DNA from: Actinomycetales bacterium
GTDB lineage: Bacteria; Actinomycetota; Actinomycetes; Actinomycetales; Dermatophilaceae
NCBI GenBank assembly: GCA_012729695.1
Contig: JAAYCP010000014.1
Location: 4,385 to 68,384, forward strand
Length of the DNA: 64,000 bases
Direction of reading: 5' to 3'
Made by a program: the position numbers and the translations under genes. Below, piece by piece: positions 21,135-30,421 of the stretch (position 1 is the first letter of the stretch; the number at the start of each line of letters is the position of its first letter). Under the pieces are notes generated by a model that searched no databases, had not been told where the DNA came from, and worked only from the letters and a program-made list of their open reading frames with translations.

Positions 21135-22340
21135 CTACTTGTCGACGTCGCCCACGACGAAGAACATCGAGCCGAGCACCGAGACCATGTCCGCGACGAG
21201 GCATCCGGGAAGCATCTCCCGGAGCACCTGGACGTTGGAGAACGAGGCCGAGCGCAGCTTGAGCCGCCACGGGGTCTTCTCGCCACGGGAGACGAGGAAG
21301 TAGCCGTTGAAACCGAGGGGGTTCTCGGTCGCGACGTAGTGCTCGCCCTCGGGGACCTTGAGCACCTTCGGCAGCCGCTGGTTGACCGGGCCCTGCGGGA
21401 GCGAGCCCAGTCGGTCGAGGCACGCGTCGGCCAGGTCGAGGGAGACGTGCACCTGCTCCAGCAGCACCTCGAGCCGGGCGAGCGCGTCGCCGGCCGTGCG
21501 GGTGACCACCCGACCGGGCCCGCCGGGAGCGAACAGCTCGCCGTACGCGAGATACGGCGCATCCCGCCGCAGATCGACGTCCACACCGCTCGCCCGGGCG
21601 ATCGGCCCGCTCACTCCGTATGCGTGGATCAGCTCGGGCGGGAGAACCCCCACCCCCGCCGTGCGGCCCTGCAGGATCGGGTTGCCGACGAGGAGGGACT
21701 CGATGTCGGACATCTTCGTGCGGACGGCGGACACCGCCTCGCTCACGCGACCGAGCCACCCGGCCGGCACGTCCTGCTGCAGCCCGCCGACCCGGTTGAA
21801 CATGTAGTGCATCCGCCCGCCGGAGGCCTCCTCGAGCACCGCCTGGAGGTCCTCCCGCTCGCGGAAGGCGTAGAAGATCGGGGTGATGGCCCCCAGCTCG
21901 AGCGGGTAGGAGCCGAGGAACATGAGGTGGTTCAGCACCCGGTTGAGCTCGGCGAGCAGGGTCCGCAGCCAGGTGGCACGCTCCGGGATCTCCATGCCGA
22001 GCAGGTGCTCGACCGCGAGGACGACCCCCAGCTCGTTGCTGAACGCCGAGAGCCAGTCGTGCCGGTTGGCGAGGACGATGATCTGCCGGTAGTCGCGGAC
22101 CTCGAAGAGCTTCTCCGCCCCGCGGTGCATGTAGCCGATGATGGGATCGGCGCTGATGATGCGCTCGCCGTCGAGGACGATGCGGAGCCGGAGCACGCCA
22201 TGGGTGGCAGGGTGCTGCGGTCCGATGTTGAGGACCATGTCGGCCGTGGCCAGCCCGCCCGCTCCGACGCCGACGTCGAGCACGCGTGGCTCCGAGGTCG
22301 GGGCGGGTGCGTCCGGGGTCACGGTGCCAGTCTGCCGCAT
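21135..22340 (-). CDS. Orphan NADH-quinone oxidoreductase subunit D (NuoD/NDUFS2) homologue
   Basis: [26 protein letters not shown] ... [10 protein letters not shown] ... C-terminal FFVVGDVDK. Full length (401 aa from the ATG at 22340). No [NiFe] CxxC motifs, and no other nuo gene in the window. Confidence 0.88.
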   Translation of the reverse strand: MRQTGTVTPDAPAPTSEPRVLDVGVGAGGLATADMVLNIGPQHPATHGVLRLRIVLDGERIISADPIIGYMHRGAEKLFEVRDYRQIIVLANRHDWLSAFSNELGVVLAVEHLLGMEIPERATWLRTLLAELNRVLNHLMFLGSYPLELGAITPIFYAFREREDLQAVLEEASGGRMHYMFNRVGGLQQDVPAGWLGRVSEAVSAVRTKMSDIESLLVGNPILQGRTAGVGVLPPELIHAYGVSGPIARASGVDVDLRRDAPYLAYGELFAPGGPGRVVTRTAGDALARLEVLLEQVHVSLDLADACLDRLGSLPQGPVNQRLPKVLKVPEGEHYVATENPLGFNGYFLVSRGEKTPWRLKLRSASFSNVQVLREMLPGCLVADMVSVLGSMFFVVGDVDK

Positions 22341-22384
22341 CACCGCGACGATCGAGGGGGATGCAGCGTCGGGCGTGTGGTGAC

Positions 22385-23332
22385 TCAGGCGGACGAGCGG
22401 ACCACCCTGCGGAGCACCCACCAGAACCCGCCCAGCCCGCTGGGATCGGTCATCGCCGCGACCGCTGACCGGTGCGCCAGGGCCCGGAGGTAGCCGCCCG
22501 GGTCGGTGCTCGCCAGAGCATGATCCGGAGGAGCCGGCACCAGGCCCAGCTCTCGCAGCAGGTCGCGTTGGAGGACCAGCCGGTCGTGCTCGAGGGAGTC
22601 GACGGCGACATGGGCGGTGAGATCGCACGAGCCGTCCGGCACCGGAGTGACCAGCCCCCCGCGCCGGTATGCGGTGAGCGAACCGGTCTCCGGCCGCGCC
22701 TCCCGCTGGTGGCCGTAGTCGACCGCGACGGCGAGGCCGTCGTCGAGACGGGAGACCAGGTCGGCCCAGGCCTCGTCGCGTGGGAGCCCGATCTCGATGC
22801 GCTCACCCTGCTGCCACCACCGCTCCGCCCACGCGGCCTCGGCCTCGTCCACCGCGCCCCCGAGCGACTCGGTGCCGTCCGCGCCCACGCATACCTCCTG
22901 AAGGGCGGGGCCCACGCGCTCGGCGATGGTGCAGGGGACGTTGTCGAGCCACTCGTGGGCCAGCACGAGTGCCCCGGTGAGCGAGTGGAGCGCATCGGGC
23001 AACGCGGCGCCACCCAGGGAGGGCAGCCAGTCGATCCGGGGGTCCAGGTCCGCCGGTCGCGGTCGCACCTCGACGCAGCGCACCGTGATGTCCGGCGCGA
23101 GCTCCACCACGGCGGAGGCGAGCTCGCCACCACCGGCTGCGAGGTCGACGAGCGTAGACAGTCCTTCCCGGCGCATCAGTGCGAGGACGGCTTCGGCGAG
23201 GACATCCACGAGGCCGGGGGAGGTGGCCGTGGTGAAGTGCTCGTGCGGGGTGTGCTGCGCATACAGACCCGAGGGTCCGTACAGCGCTTCGTGCCAGGCC
23301 TGCCGCCACGGGCGGGGGCCGGCCGCGCTCAC
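22385..23332 (-). CDS. MidA/NDUFAF7-like (DUF185) SAM-dependent methyltransferase
   Basis: Family-typical blocks [38 protein letters not shown] and AVDYG. GTG at 23332 overlaps the XRE stop as GTGA. Confidence 0.75.
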   Translation of the reverse strand: MSAAGPRPWRQAWHEALYGPSGLYAQHTPHEHFTTATSPGLVDVLAEAVLALMRREGLSTLVDLAAGGGELASAVVELAPDITVRCVEVRPRPADLDPRIDWLPSLGGAALPDALHSLTGALVLAHEWLDNVPCTIAERVGPALQEVCVGADGTESLGGAVDEAEAAWAERWWQQGERIEIGLPRDEAWADLVSRLDDGLAVAVDYGHQREARPETGSLTAYRRGGLVTPVPDGSCDLTAHVAVDSLEHDRLVLQRDLLRELGLVPAPPDHALASTDPGGYLRALAHRSAVAAMTDPSGLGGFWWVLRRVVRSSA

Positions 23333-23529
23333 TCGTCCTCCGGGAGGACGAAGACCTCCTCGACCGTGCGGTCGAAGTAGCGCGCGATCCGGATGGCGAG
23401 GGGAAGTGAGGGGTCGTACCTGCCCACCTCGATCGAGTTGATGGTCTGCCGGGAGACCCCGAGCGCCTGCGCGAGCGCGGCCTGGGAGAGGCCGCGCTCG
23501 GCGCGCAGGCTCGGGAGGATGCTCTGCAT
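23329..23529 (-). CDS. Small XRE-family HTH transcriptional regulator
   Basis: 66 aa. LRAERGLSQAALAQALGVSRQTINSIEVGRYDPSLPLAIRIARYF is a classic Cro/C1 HTH. Confidence 0.9.
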   Translation of the reverse strand: MQSILPSLRAERGLSQAALAQALGVSRQTINSIEVGRYDPSLPLAIRIARYFDRTVEEVFVLPEDE

Positions 23530-23542
23530 CGCCCCACTGTGT

Positions 23543-23574
23543 CAAGCAACCTTGTCATATGTCAAGGTTGCTTG
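23543..23574. promoter_or_regulatory. Perfect 12-bp inverted repeat CAAGCAACCTTG-N8-CAAGGTTGCTTG; likely XRE operator
   Basis: Read directly. It begins 14 nt upstream of the XRE start codon and also spans the first ATG (23559) of the divergent gene. Confidence 0.55.
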
Positions 23575-24512
23575 TCAGCCTGCTCCGCGGCCATGCGGTA
23601 GGGTCGCCGTCCGTGAGCGAGTCACCCGAGCATCCCGCCCGCCTCGCCGTAGGAGTCGTGGGTGCGGGCAAGGTCGGTGCCGTGCTCGGTGCGGCGCTGG
23701 CCCGCGCCGGCCACCAGGTGGTCGCGGTGAGCGCCGTGAGCCAGCAGTCGCGAGACCGGGCCGAGGACCTGTTGCCCGGGGTGCCCGTCCGCACGGTTCC
23801 CGAGGTCGTCGAGGCGGCCGAGCTCGTGCTCCTCGCCGTTCCCGACGACGCGCTCGCCGACCTCGCGCGTGGCCTCTCGACGACCGGCGTCTGGCAGGCC
23901 GGTCAGATCGTCGCGCACACCAGCGGTCGGCACGGCGCGAACGTCCTCGACCCGGTCCGGACGCACCACGCCTTCCCGATCGCTCTGCACCCGGCGATGA
24001 CCTTCACCGGCACCGCGCTCGACCTCGAGAGGCTCCCCGACTGCTGCTTCGGCGTCACGGCCGATGAGCGTGTCCTGCCGATCGCGGCCGCCCTCGTCCT
24101 CGACATGGGGGCGGAGCCGGTGACGATCGCCGAGGAGGACCGGATCGCCTACCACTGCGCCCTCGCGCACGGGTCGAACCACCTCGTCACGCTCACCTCC
24201 CAGGCCATGCAGATCCTCGACAGCGCCGGCGTCGACCAGCCCGCGCACGTCCTGCGTCCGTTGCTGGCCGCCGCACTCGACAACGCGCTGCGGCTGCGTG
24301 ATGCCGCCCTCACCGGTCCCGTCGCCCGCGGTGATGTGGGTACGGTGAGAACGCACCTCCAGGTCCTGCAGGAGCGGGTTCCGGACGTCGTGACGACCTA
24401 TCGGGCGCTGGCCACCGCGACAGCGGCCCGGGCGGTCGAGAGCGGCCGACTCCGGCCCGATCTCGCAGGTCCGGTGCTCGATGCGCTAGCCGATCCAAGG
24501 AGCGAGCAATGA
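23559..24512 (+). CDS. Rossmann-fold DUF2520 protein (ketopantoate-reductase-like, Rv3603c-type)
   Basis: VGVVGAGKVGAVLGAALARAGHQVVAV dinucleotide fold. It lies directly upstream of, and overlaps, panC. The start is uncertain (ATG 23559 inside the palindrome, or GTG 23613). Confidence 0.78.
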   Translation: MSRLLVSLLRGHAVGSPSVSESPEHPARLAVGVVGAGKVGAVLGAALARAGHQVVAVSAVSQQSRDRAEDLLPGVPVRTVPEVVEAAELVLLAVPDDALADLARGLSTTGVWQAGQIVAHTSGRHGANVLDPVRTHHAFPIALHPAMTFTGTALDLERLPDCCFGVTADERVLPIAAALVLDMGAEPVTIAEEDRIAYHCALAHGSNHLVTLTSQAMQILDSAGVDQPAHVLRPLLAAALDNALRLRDAALTGPVARGDVGTVRTHLQVLQERVPDVVTTYRALATATAARAVESGRLRPDLAGPVLDALADPRSEQ

Positions 24513-25534
24513 CGACGCAACCCGCTGGTTCCACCTCGCTCCAGGCTGACGGAGGAGACGCCGACGAGCGTGGCGCGAAGCCTCCCGTCGTGGCCCGCAC
24601 CAGGTCGGAGCTGCGCGAGGCACGAGCCAGCATCCTCGACGGGTTGGTCGCTGTCGTCATGACGATGGGGGCGCTGCACGAGGGGCACGCCACCCTCATC
24701 CGGGAGGCCCGCCGCCGGGCGGACCACGTCATCGTCACGATCTTTTTGAACCCGCTCCAGTTCGGGCCGAAGGAGGATCTCTCGCGCTACCCGCGCACGT
24801 TCGACGCCGACATGGAGATCTGCACCCGCGAGGGGGTCGACCTCGTCTTCGCACCCACGCCGGACGTCATCTATCCCGACGGCGACCCCGGTGTGCGCAT
24901 CTCTGCCGGCCCGCTGGGCAACGTCCTCGAGGGCCAGGCCCGGCCGGGTCACTTCGACGGGGTGCTGACCGTCGTCGGCAAGCTGCTCCACCTCACGCGC
25001 GCCCACCAGGCCTACTTCGGTCAGAAGGACGCCCAGCAGCTGCTCCTCATCCGCCGGATGGTGCAGGATCTCGACTTCCCCGTCGAGGTCATCTCGGTGG
25101 CCACGGTCCGGGAGAGCGACGGCCTCGCCCTCAGCTCGCGCAACATGTACCTCACCGAGTACGACCGGGTGACCGCTCTCTGTCTGTCGCGGGCACTGCA
25201 GGCCGGGGCGGCCGCTGCCTCCGAGGGCCCGTCCGCGATCCGACGGGCGGCCCGGGCGGTCCTCGTGCGTGAGCCCCTGGTCCTCATCGACTACCTCGTG
25301 CTCGTCCACCCGACGACGCTCGAGGACGTCCCCGAGTGGTACCGCGGTGAGGCCCTCCTCGCGGTCGCCGGTCGGGTGGGCACCACCCGGCTCATCGACA
25401 ACATGCCGGTCCTCGTGGGACCGGGAGGCGGTGCTCTCGAGGTGTTCTCGGACGTGCCCGCGGTCCGCCCGGACGCCCCCAGTGGGCCCGGGTGGGTGGG
25501 GGCCGGCTCGGGGCACGTCGACAGTGCTTCCTGA
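24509..25534 (+). CDS. panC: Pantoate--beta-alanine ligase
   Basis: MGALHEGHATLIREAR, VTIFLNPLQFGPKEDL, YFGQKDAQQL. It has a C-terminal tail about 50 aa longer than usual. Confidence 0.93.
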   Translation: MTTQPAGSTSLQADGGDADERGAKPPVVARTRSELREARASILDGLVAVVMTMGALHEGHATLIREARRRADHVIVTIFLNPLQFGPKEDLSRYPRTFDADMEICTREGVDLVFAPTPDVIYPDGDPGVRISAGPLGNVLEGQARPGHFDGVLTVVGKLLHLTRAHQAYFGQKDAQQLLLIRRMVQDLDFPVEVISVATVRESDGLALSSRNMYLTEYDRVTALCLSRALQAGAAAASEGPSAIRRAARAVLVREPLVLIDYLVLVHPTTLEDVPEWYRGEALLAVAGRVGTTRLIDNMPVLVGPGGGALEVFSDVPAVRPDAPSGPGWVGAGSGHVDSAS

Positions 25535-25554
25535 ACTGCCGTTCCGAGGCTGAC

Positions 25555-27393
25555 GTGCAGGATCTCCACGACCTCGGCACCCCGTATGCGGTGCCGCCGG
25601 GCATCACGGTCCCGCACCTGCCGCGTCGGCTGGTTGCGCCGCCACCGGGGTGGGTGACCACCGCCGACGTCATCGTCGTCGGCTCAGGCATCGCCGGACT
25701 CAACGTGGCACTGTCGCTGCGCCAGCAGGTCGACAAGGTCCTCCTCGTCACCAAGACGGTCCTGTCGGAGGGCTCGACGCAGTGGGCCCAGGGCGGGATC
25801 GCCGCCGCGCTCGCGCCGGAGGACTCTCCGGACGCCCACCTCGTCGACACGCTCGTCGCCGGAGTCGGGTTGTGCGACGAGGACGCGGTGCGCGCGCTCG
25901 TCGAGGAGGGACCCTCGCGGGTCCACGAGCTCATCGATCTCGGAGCCCAGTTCGACACCGACACCGGCGGCCGGATCAAGCTCACCCGCGAGGGCGGCCA
26001 CGGCATGGACCGGATCGCCCATGCCGGGGGTGATGCAACGGGCGCGGAGATCTCCCGGGCGCTCATCGCCCAGCTGCATGCGGTGCTCGACGACCCGGGC
26101 ATCGAGGTGATCGAGCACGCTCTCGTCGTCGACCTCCTCCAGGACGACGTCGGCCGGGTCTGCGGAGTCACCCTCCATGTGATCGGCGAAGGTGAGATCA
26201 ACGGCATCGGAGCCGGTCATGCCCGTGCTGTCGTCCTGGCCAGCGGTGGTCTCGGCCAGATCTACTCCGCGACGACCAACCCGTCGGTGGCGACCGGCGA
26301 CGGCATGGCCATGTGCCTGCGGGCCGGTGCCGTCATGGGCGACCTGGAGTTCGTCCAGTTCCACCCGACCGTCCTGTGGCTCGGACCGGGATCGAGCGGT
26401 CAGCAGCCCCTCATCTCGGAGGCCGTCCGCGGCGAGGGTGCGTTCCTCGTGGACGTGAATGGCGAGCGGTTCATGCCCGGGATCCACCCGCAGGGCGACC
26501 TCGCCCCCCGGGACGTGGTCGCGCGGGCGATCGTCGCCAGGATGGAGCAGACCGGCGCCGACCACGTCCTCCTCGACTGCCGGCACCTCGGTGAGGGGTT
26601 CCTCCTCGACCGCTTCCCCGGCATCACCCGCCGGCTGCGGGAGCTCGGCTTCGACCCGGCCACCCAGCTGATCCCGGTCGCTCCGGCCCAGCACTACGCC
26701 TCCGGCGGCGTGCGCACCGACCTGCGCGGCCGGACCTCGCTCGAAGGGCTGTATGCGTGCGGCGAGGTCTCGTGCACCGGGGTCCACGGCGCCAACCGCC
26801 TCGCCTCGAACTCCCTTCTCGAGGGCCTGGTGTTCGCGCGTCGGGTCGCCGACGACCTCGCCTCACGGCTGGCCCGCGACGAGCTCCCGCCGACCCGGCC
26901 GACGCGTCTGGACGGCGCCGAGGCGGCCTGCGACGCCCATCACCGGGTGCACATCCAGGCCGCCATGACGCGCGGCGCCGGTGCAGTGCGCTCGGCGGCG
27001 AGCCTGCGCGCGACGGCAGAGGAGCTCGTCGCTCACGCAGCACTGCCCGCCACCGAGGCCGGCCCCGGACCGCAGACCTGGGAGACGACCAACCTCCTCC
27101 ACCTCGGTCAGGCCCTCACCCTGGCTGCCGCACTTCGTGAGGAGACCCGCGGCGGCCACCTCCGCAGCGACTTCCCGCACGCCCGGGACGCGTGGCGTGG
27201 TCATCTGCACCTCTGGCGGCGCGAGGACGGCACGCTGGAGGTGGCCTTCGCAGAGGTGCCTGAACAGCCCGTCGTCACCGCCGCGCTCGCCGAGATCGCC
27301 GGCCACGAGCCCGTGATCCCCGAGCCCGACAGTCCCTCGCACATGACTTCAGAACCGCACACTTCAGAACCGCACGAGGAGGCGAGCCCATGA
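25555..27393 (+). CDS. nadB: L-aspartate oxidase
   Basis: DVIVVGSGIAGL FAD fold, HGMDRIAHAGGDATG, FHPT, and GANRLASNSLLEGLVF. The start is GTG 25555 (uncertain). Confidence 0.9.
   Translation: MQDLHDLGTPYAVPPGITVPHLPRRLVAPPPGWVTTADVIVVGSGIAGLNVALSLRQQVDKVLLVTKTVLSEGSTQWAQGGIAAALAPEDSPDAHLVDTLVAGVGLCDEDAVRALVEEGPSRVHELIDLGAQFDTDTGGRIKLTREGGHGMDRIAHAGGDATGAEISRALIAQLHAVLDDPGIEVIEHALVVDLLQDDVGRVCGVTLHVIGEGEINGIGAGHARAVVLASGGLGQIYSATTNPSVATGDGMAMCLRAGAVMGDLEFVQFHPTVLWLGPGSSGQQPLISEAVRGEGAFLVDVNGERFMPGIHPQGDLAPRDVVARAIVARMEQTGADHVLLDCRHLGEGFLLDRFPGITRRLRELGFDPATQLIPVAPAQHYASGGVRTDLRGRTSLEGLYACGEVSCTGVHGANRLASNSLLEGLVFARRVADDLASRLARDELPPTRPTRLDGAEAACDAHHRVHIQAAMTRGAGAVRSAASLRATAEELVAHAALPATEAGPGPQTWETTNLLHLGQALTLAAALREETRGGHLRSDFPHARDAWRGHLHLWRREDGTLEVAFAEVPEQPVVTAALAEIAGHEPVIPEPDSPSHMTSEPHTSEPHEEASP
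27346..27375. repeat. Perfect 15-bp tandem duplication ACTTCAGAACCGCAC x2 inside the nadB 3' tail (encodes TSEPH-TSEPH)
   Basis: Read directly. It ends 15 nt before the nadB stop codon (27391-27393). Confidence 0.9.
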
Positions 27394-28283
27394 CAGTCCA
27401 TGACGCCGAGGTCCCGCTGGAGGCCATGTCCTCCCTCATCGAGGTCGCTCTCGACGAGGATCTGGGACCCGGTGAGCCGCTGGACGTCACGACCTTCGCC
27501 ACCATCCCCGCCGAGCAGTCGACGACCGCGCACGTGGTCGCCCGGGCCGGAGGCGTCGTCGCCGGGGTGGCGGCGATCGAGCTCGTCCTCGACGCCGTGA
27601 GCCGGCGCCTGGGCGCCGACCCGGTCCAGGTTGACGTCTGCGTCGACGACGGCGACGGCGTGGCCCGCGATGATGTCATCGCGATCCTCTCCGGCCCGAC
27701 GCGCGTGGTCCTCATGGCGGAGCGGACCATCCTCAACCTGGTCTGCCGGATGAGCGGGGTGGCGACGCATACGAGACAGTGGGCGGAGGCGCTGAATGGG
27801 ACCGGCTGTGTCGTCCTCGACACCCGCAAGACGACCCCCGGCCTGCGTGCGCTGGAGAAGTATGCGGTGCGCGCCGGAGGCGGCCGGAACAAGCGGATGG
27901 GCCTGTTCGACGTCGCGATGATCAAGGACAACCACAAGCTGGCGGCCGGCTCGATCACCGCGGCCTACGAGGCCGTGCGGCGGGCCTTCCCGGAGGTGTC
28001 CGTCGAGGTCGAGGCGACGAGCCAGGAGGAGGCGATAGAGGCCGTCCGGGCCGGCGCCCGGTTCCTGCTCCTCGACAACTTCGAGCGCGAGGAGCTCGCG
28101 GCCACCGTGCGCGCCGTCCGCGCGACGAATCACGACGTCGAGCTGGAGGCGACCGGAGGTCTGACGCTGCAGAACGCGCGGGAGGTGGCGATGACCGGGG
28201 TCGACTACGTCAGCGTCGGGGGGCTGACCCACTCCTCGCCGATCCTCGACATCGCCCTTGACATCGTCGCCACCGGAGGCTGA
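27390..28283 (+). CDS. nadC: Nicotinate-nucleotide pyrophosphorylase (carboxylating)
   Basis: ERTILNLVCRMSGVAT, DTRKTTPGLR, and KDNH. ATGA overlap with the nadB stop. Confidence 0.93.
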   Translation: MTVHDAEVPLEAMSSLIEVALDEDLGPGEPLDVTTFATIPAEQSTTAHVVARAGGVVAGVAAIELVLDAVSRRLGADPVQVDVCVDDGDGVARDDVIAILSGPTRVVLMAERTILNLVCRMSGVATHTRQWAEALNGTGCVVLDTRKTTPGLRALEKYAVRAGGGRNKRMGLFDVAMIKDNHKLAAGSITAAYEAVRRAFPEVSVEVEATSQEEAIEAVRAGARFLLLDNFEREELAATVRAVRATNHDVELEATGGLTLQNAREVAMTGVDYVSVGGLTHSSPILDIALDIVATGG

Positions 28284-28345
28284 CCCGTCCCCACCCCACA
28301 GGGGGCGAAGATGGAGCTCTGCCCGAGGAGGCATAGGATTCTTCG

Positions 28346-29866
28346 GTGACCGACACCGCTCCTCCTGCTGCCGACGCGCCGGCAGACCCCACTCAGCCCG
28401 ACCTGCCCGAGCAGATGCAGATCCGTCGGGCGAAGCGGGAGCGGATCCTCGCCAGCGGCCGGGAGGCCTACCCCGTCGAGAGTCCTCGGACCCACACGCT
28501 GGCCGAGGTCCGCGAGCGCTGGGGGCACCTCGAGGCGGGTCAGGAGACCGATGAGGTCGTCACCGTCGCCGGCCGACTCATGTTCATCCGGAATACCGGA
28601 AAGCTCGCCTTCGGGACTTTGCAGGAGGGGATCGGCACCCGACTCCAGGTGATGCTCAGCCTCGCCGAGGTGGGGGAGGAGTCCCTCGCCGACTGGAAGT
28701 CGCTCGTCGACCTGGGTGACCACGTCTTCGTCACCGGTCGGGTCATCTGCAGCAAGCGCGGCGAGCTCTCCGTCATGGCCTCCTCGTGGTCGATGGCGAG
28801 CAAGGCCCTTCGGCCTCTCCCCGTTCTCCACAAGGACCTCTCCGAGGAGGCCCGGGTCCGCCAGCGCTATGCCGACCTCATCGTGCGGCAGGAAGCCCGG
28901 GACATGGTGCGTCTCAAGGCCACCACGCTGGCCACGACCCGCCGGATCCTTGATGAGCAGGGCTTCGTCGAGGTCGAGACGCCGATCCTCCAGCTGATCC
29001 ACGGCGGCGCCGCGGCCCGTCCGTTCCGCACGCACATGAACGCGTTCGACCAGGAGATGGTGCTGCGGATCGCCCTGGAGCTCAATCTCAAGAAGGCCGT
29101 CGTCGGCGGCGTCGACAAGGTCTACGAGATGGGTCGGATCTTCCGCAACGAGGGAGTGGACGCGACGCACAGCCCCGAGTTCACGATGCTCGAGGTCTAC
29201 GAGGCCTACGGTGACCAGCACACCATCGCCCGGGTCATCCAGGACGTCATCCTCGGGGTCGCGGATGCCCTCGGCTCGCGGCAGATCGAGACCGCGAACG
29301 GGACCATCGACCTGGACGGGGAGTGGCGCTGGCTGCCGGTCTACGAGGCGGTGAGCGAGGTCGTCGGCGAAGAGGTCACGATCGACACCCCACGGGAGAC
29401 CCTGCTGGCCTACGGGGCTGCGCACGGCGTCGAGATCGACCCGGCCTCGGAGAAGGACAAGGTCTTCCTCGAGCTGCTCTCCGAGCTCGTCGAGCCACGA
29501 CTTCTGCAACCGACCTTTCTGTGTGACTACCCCGCGATCGCGCAGCCGCTGGCGCGTCCGCACCGGAGCCGATCGGGCCACATCGAGGCCTGGGACCTCA
29601 TCATCGCCGGCGTCGAGCGGGGCACCGGCTTCTCCGAGCTCGTCGATCCGGTCATCCAGCGTCAGGTGCTCACCGAGCAGTCGCTGCGAGCCGCCGGTGG
29701 GGACCCGGAGGCGATGCAGCTCGACGAGGACTTCCTCCGGGCGCTGGAGTACGGCGCACCGCCGATGGGTGGACTCGGCCTGGGGGTCGACCGGCTCATC
29801 GCTCTCTTCACCGGTGCCACGCTGCGCGAGACGATTCTCTTCCCACACCTGCGTCCCGAGGCTTAG
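28346..29866 (+). CDS. lysS: Lysine--tRNA ligase (class II)
   Basis: Motif-2-like RIFRNEGVDATHSPEFTMLEVY and motif-3-like GGLGLGVDRL. 506 aa. Confidence 0.95.
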   Translation: MTDTAPPAADAPADPTQPDLPEQMQIRRAKRERILASGREAYPVESPRTHTLAEVRERWGHLEAGQETDEVVTVAGRLMFIRNTGKLAFGTLQEGIGTRLQVMLSLAEVGEESLADWKSLVDLGDHVFVTGRVICSKRGELSVMASSWSMASKALRPLPVLHKDLSEEARVRQRYADLIVRQEARDMVRLKATTLATTRRILDEQGFVEVETPILQLIHGGAAARPFRTHMNAFDQEMVLRIALELNLKKAVVGGVDKVYEMGRIFRNEGVDATHSPEFTMLEVYEAYGDQHTIARVIQDVILGVADALGSRQIETANGTIDLDGEWRWLPVYEAVSEVVGEEVTIDTPRETLLAYGAAHGVEIDPASEKDKVFLELLSELVEPRLLQPTFLCDYPAIAQPLARPHRSRSGHIEAWDLIIAGVERGTGFSELVDPVIQRQVLTEQSLRAAGGDPEAMQLDEDFLRALEYGAPPMGGLGLGVDRLIALFTGATLRETILFPHLRPEA

Positions 29867-29879
29867 GTGACTCTTTTAC

Positions 29880-30146
29880 ATGAATGATTTCTGGAACACG
29901 GCCTGGCTCGTTCTTGCCGGACTGTTGCCTTTCCTTGGATTCCTCCTCGTCTGCTTCATCGTCATGCGGGCGATCTTCAATGCGGACCGCAACGAGCGCG
30001 CCGCGATCGCGAGACTGGAGAAGGCCTACGGCAAGGACTCGAATTCCGATGCTGGCCCTGGAGTGAATCACCCCGATGAGGCGCCTGCACAGGATCAGTC
30101 CGACGAGGCCCAGCCGTCCGCGCCGTCAGGTCCGGAATCCGTGTAA
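29880..30146 (+). CDS. Hypothetical small membrane protein (one TM helix, acidic/Pro-rich tail)
   Basis: ATG ORF of 88 aa with a clear hydrophobic helix WLVLAGLLPFLGFLLVCFIVM. It lies in an island of unusually low GC (about 50%). No family recognised. Confidence 0.5.
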   Translation: MNDFWNTAWLVLAGLLPFLGFLLVCFIVMRAIFNADRNERAAIARLEKAYGKDSNSDAGPGVNHPDEAPAQDQSDEAQPSAPSGPESV

Positions 30147-30421
30147 CTGAAATTCGGCTCCCGTCGTCCGGAGCGCAGCATCGGCACGCTCGCAGAACTG
30201 ATCCGGCGTGGATCCGACCTGGTTTTCACGCAGTAGCCGGATCCCTATTGTTCCCCGCTCCGTCGTTGCCTTCCTTCCGAGGGGCAGGCGCCGGTGTTGT
30301 GGGCTTGTCGTCGGTGCAGCATATCGTTTGCCAGATCGACAAACCGGATGTAACGTGAGTACGCAATTTCTCAGGCACCTGAACGTCTTCCGCTATTCGC
30401 GACGATCGGAGAAACAAGCAC

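Noticed and set aside
21135-22340. NuoD homologue as a [NiFe]-hydrogenase large subunit
   Set aside because: The N- and C-terminal CxxC nickel-binding motifs are absent. The sequence follows the NuoD/NDUFS2 pattern ([13 protein letters not shown] ... VGDVDK).
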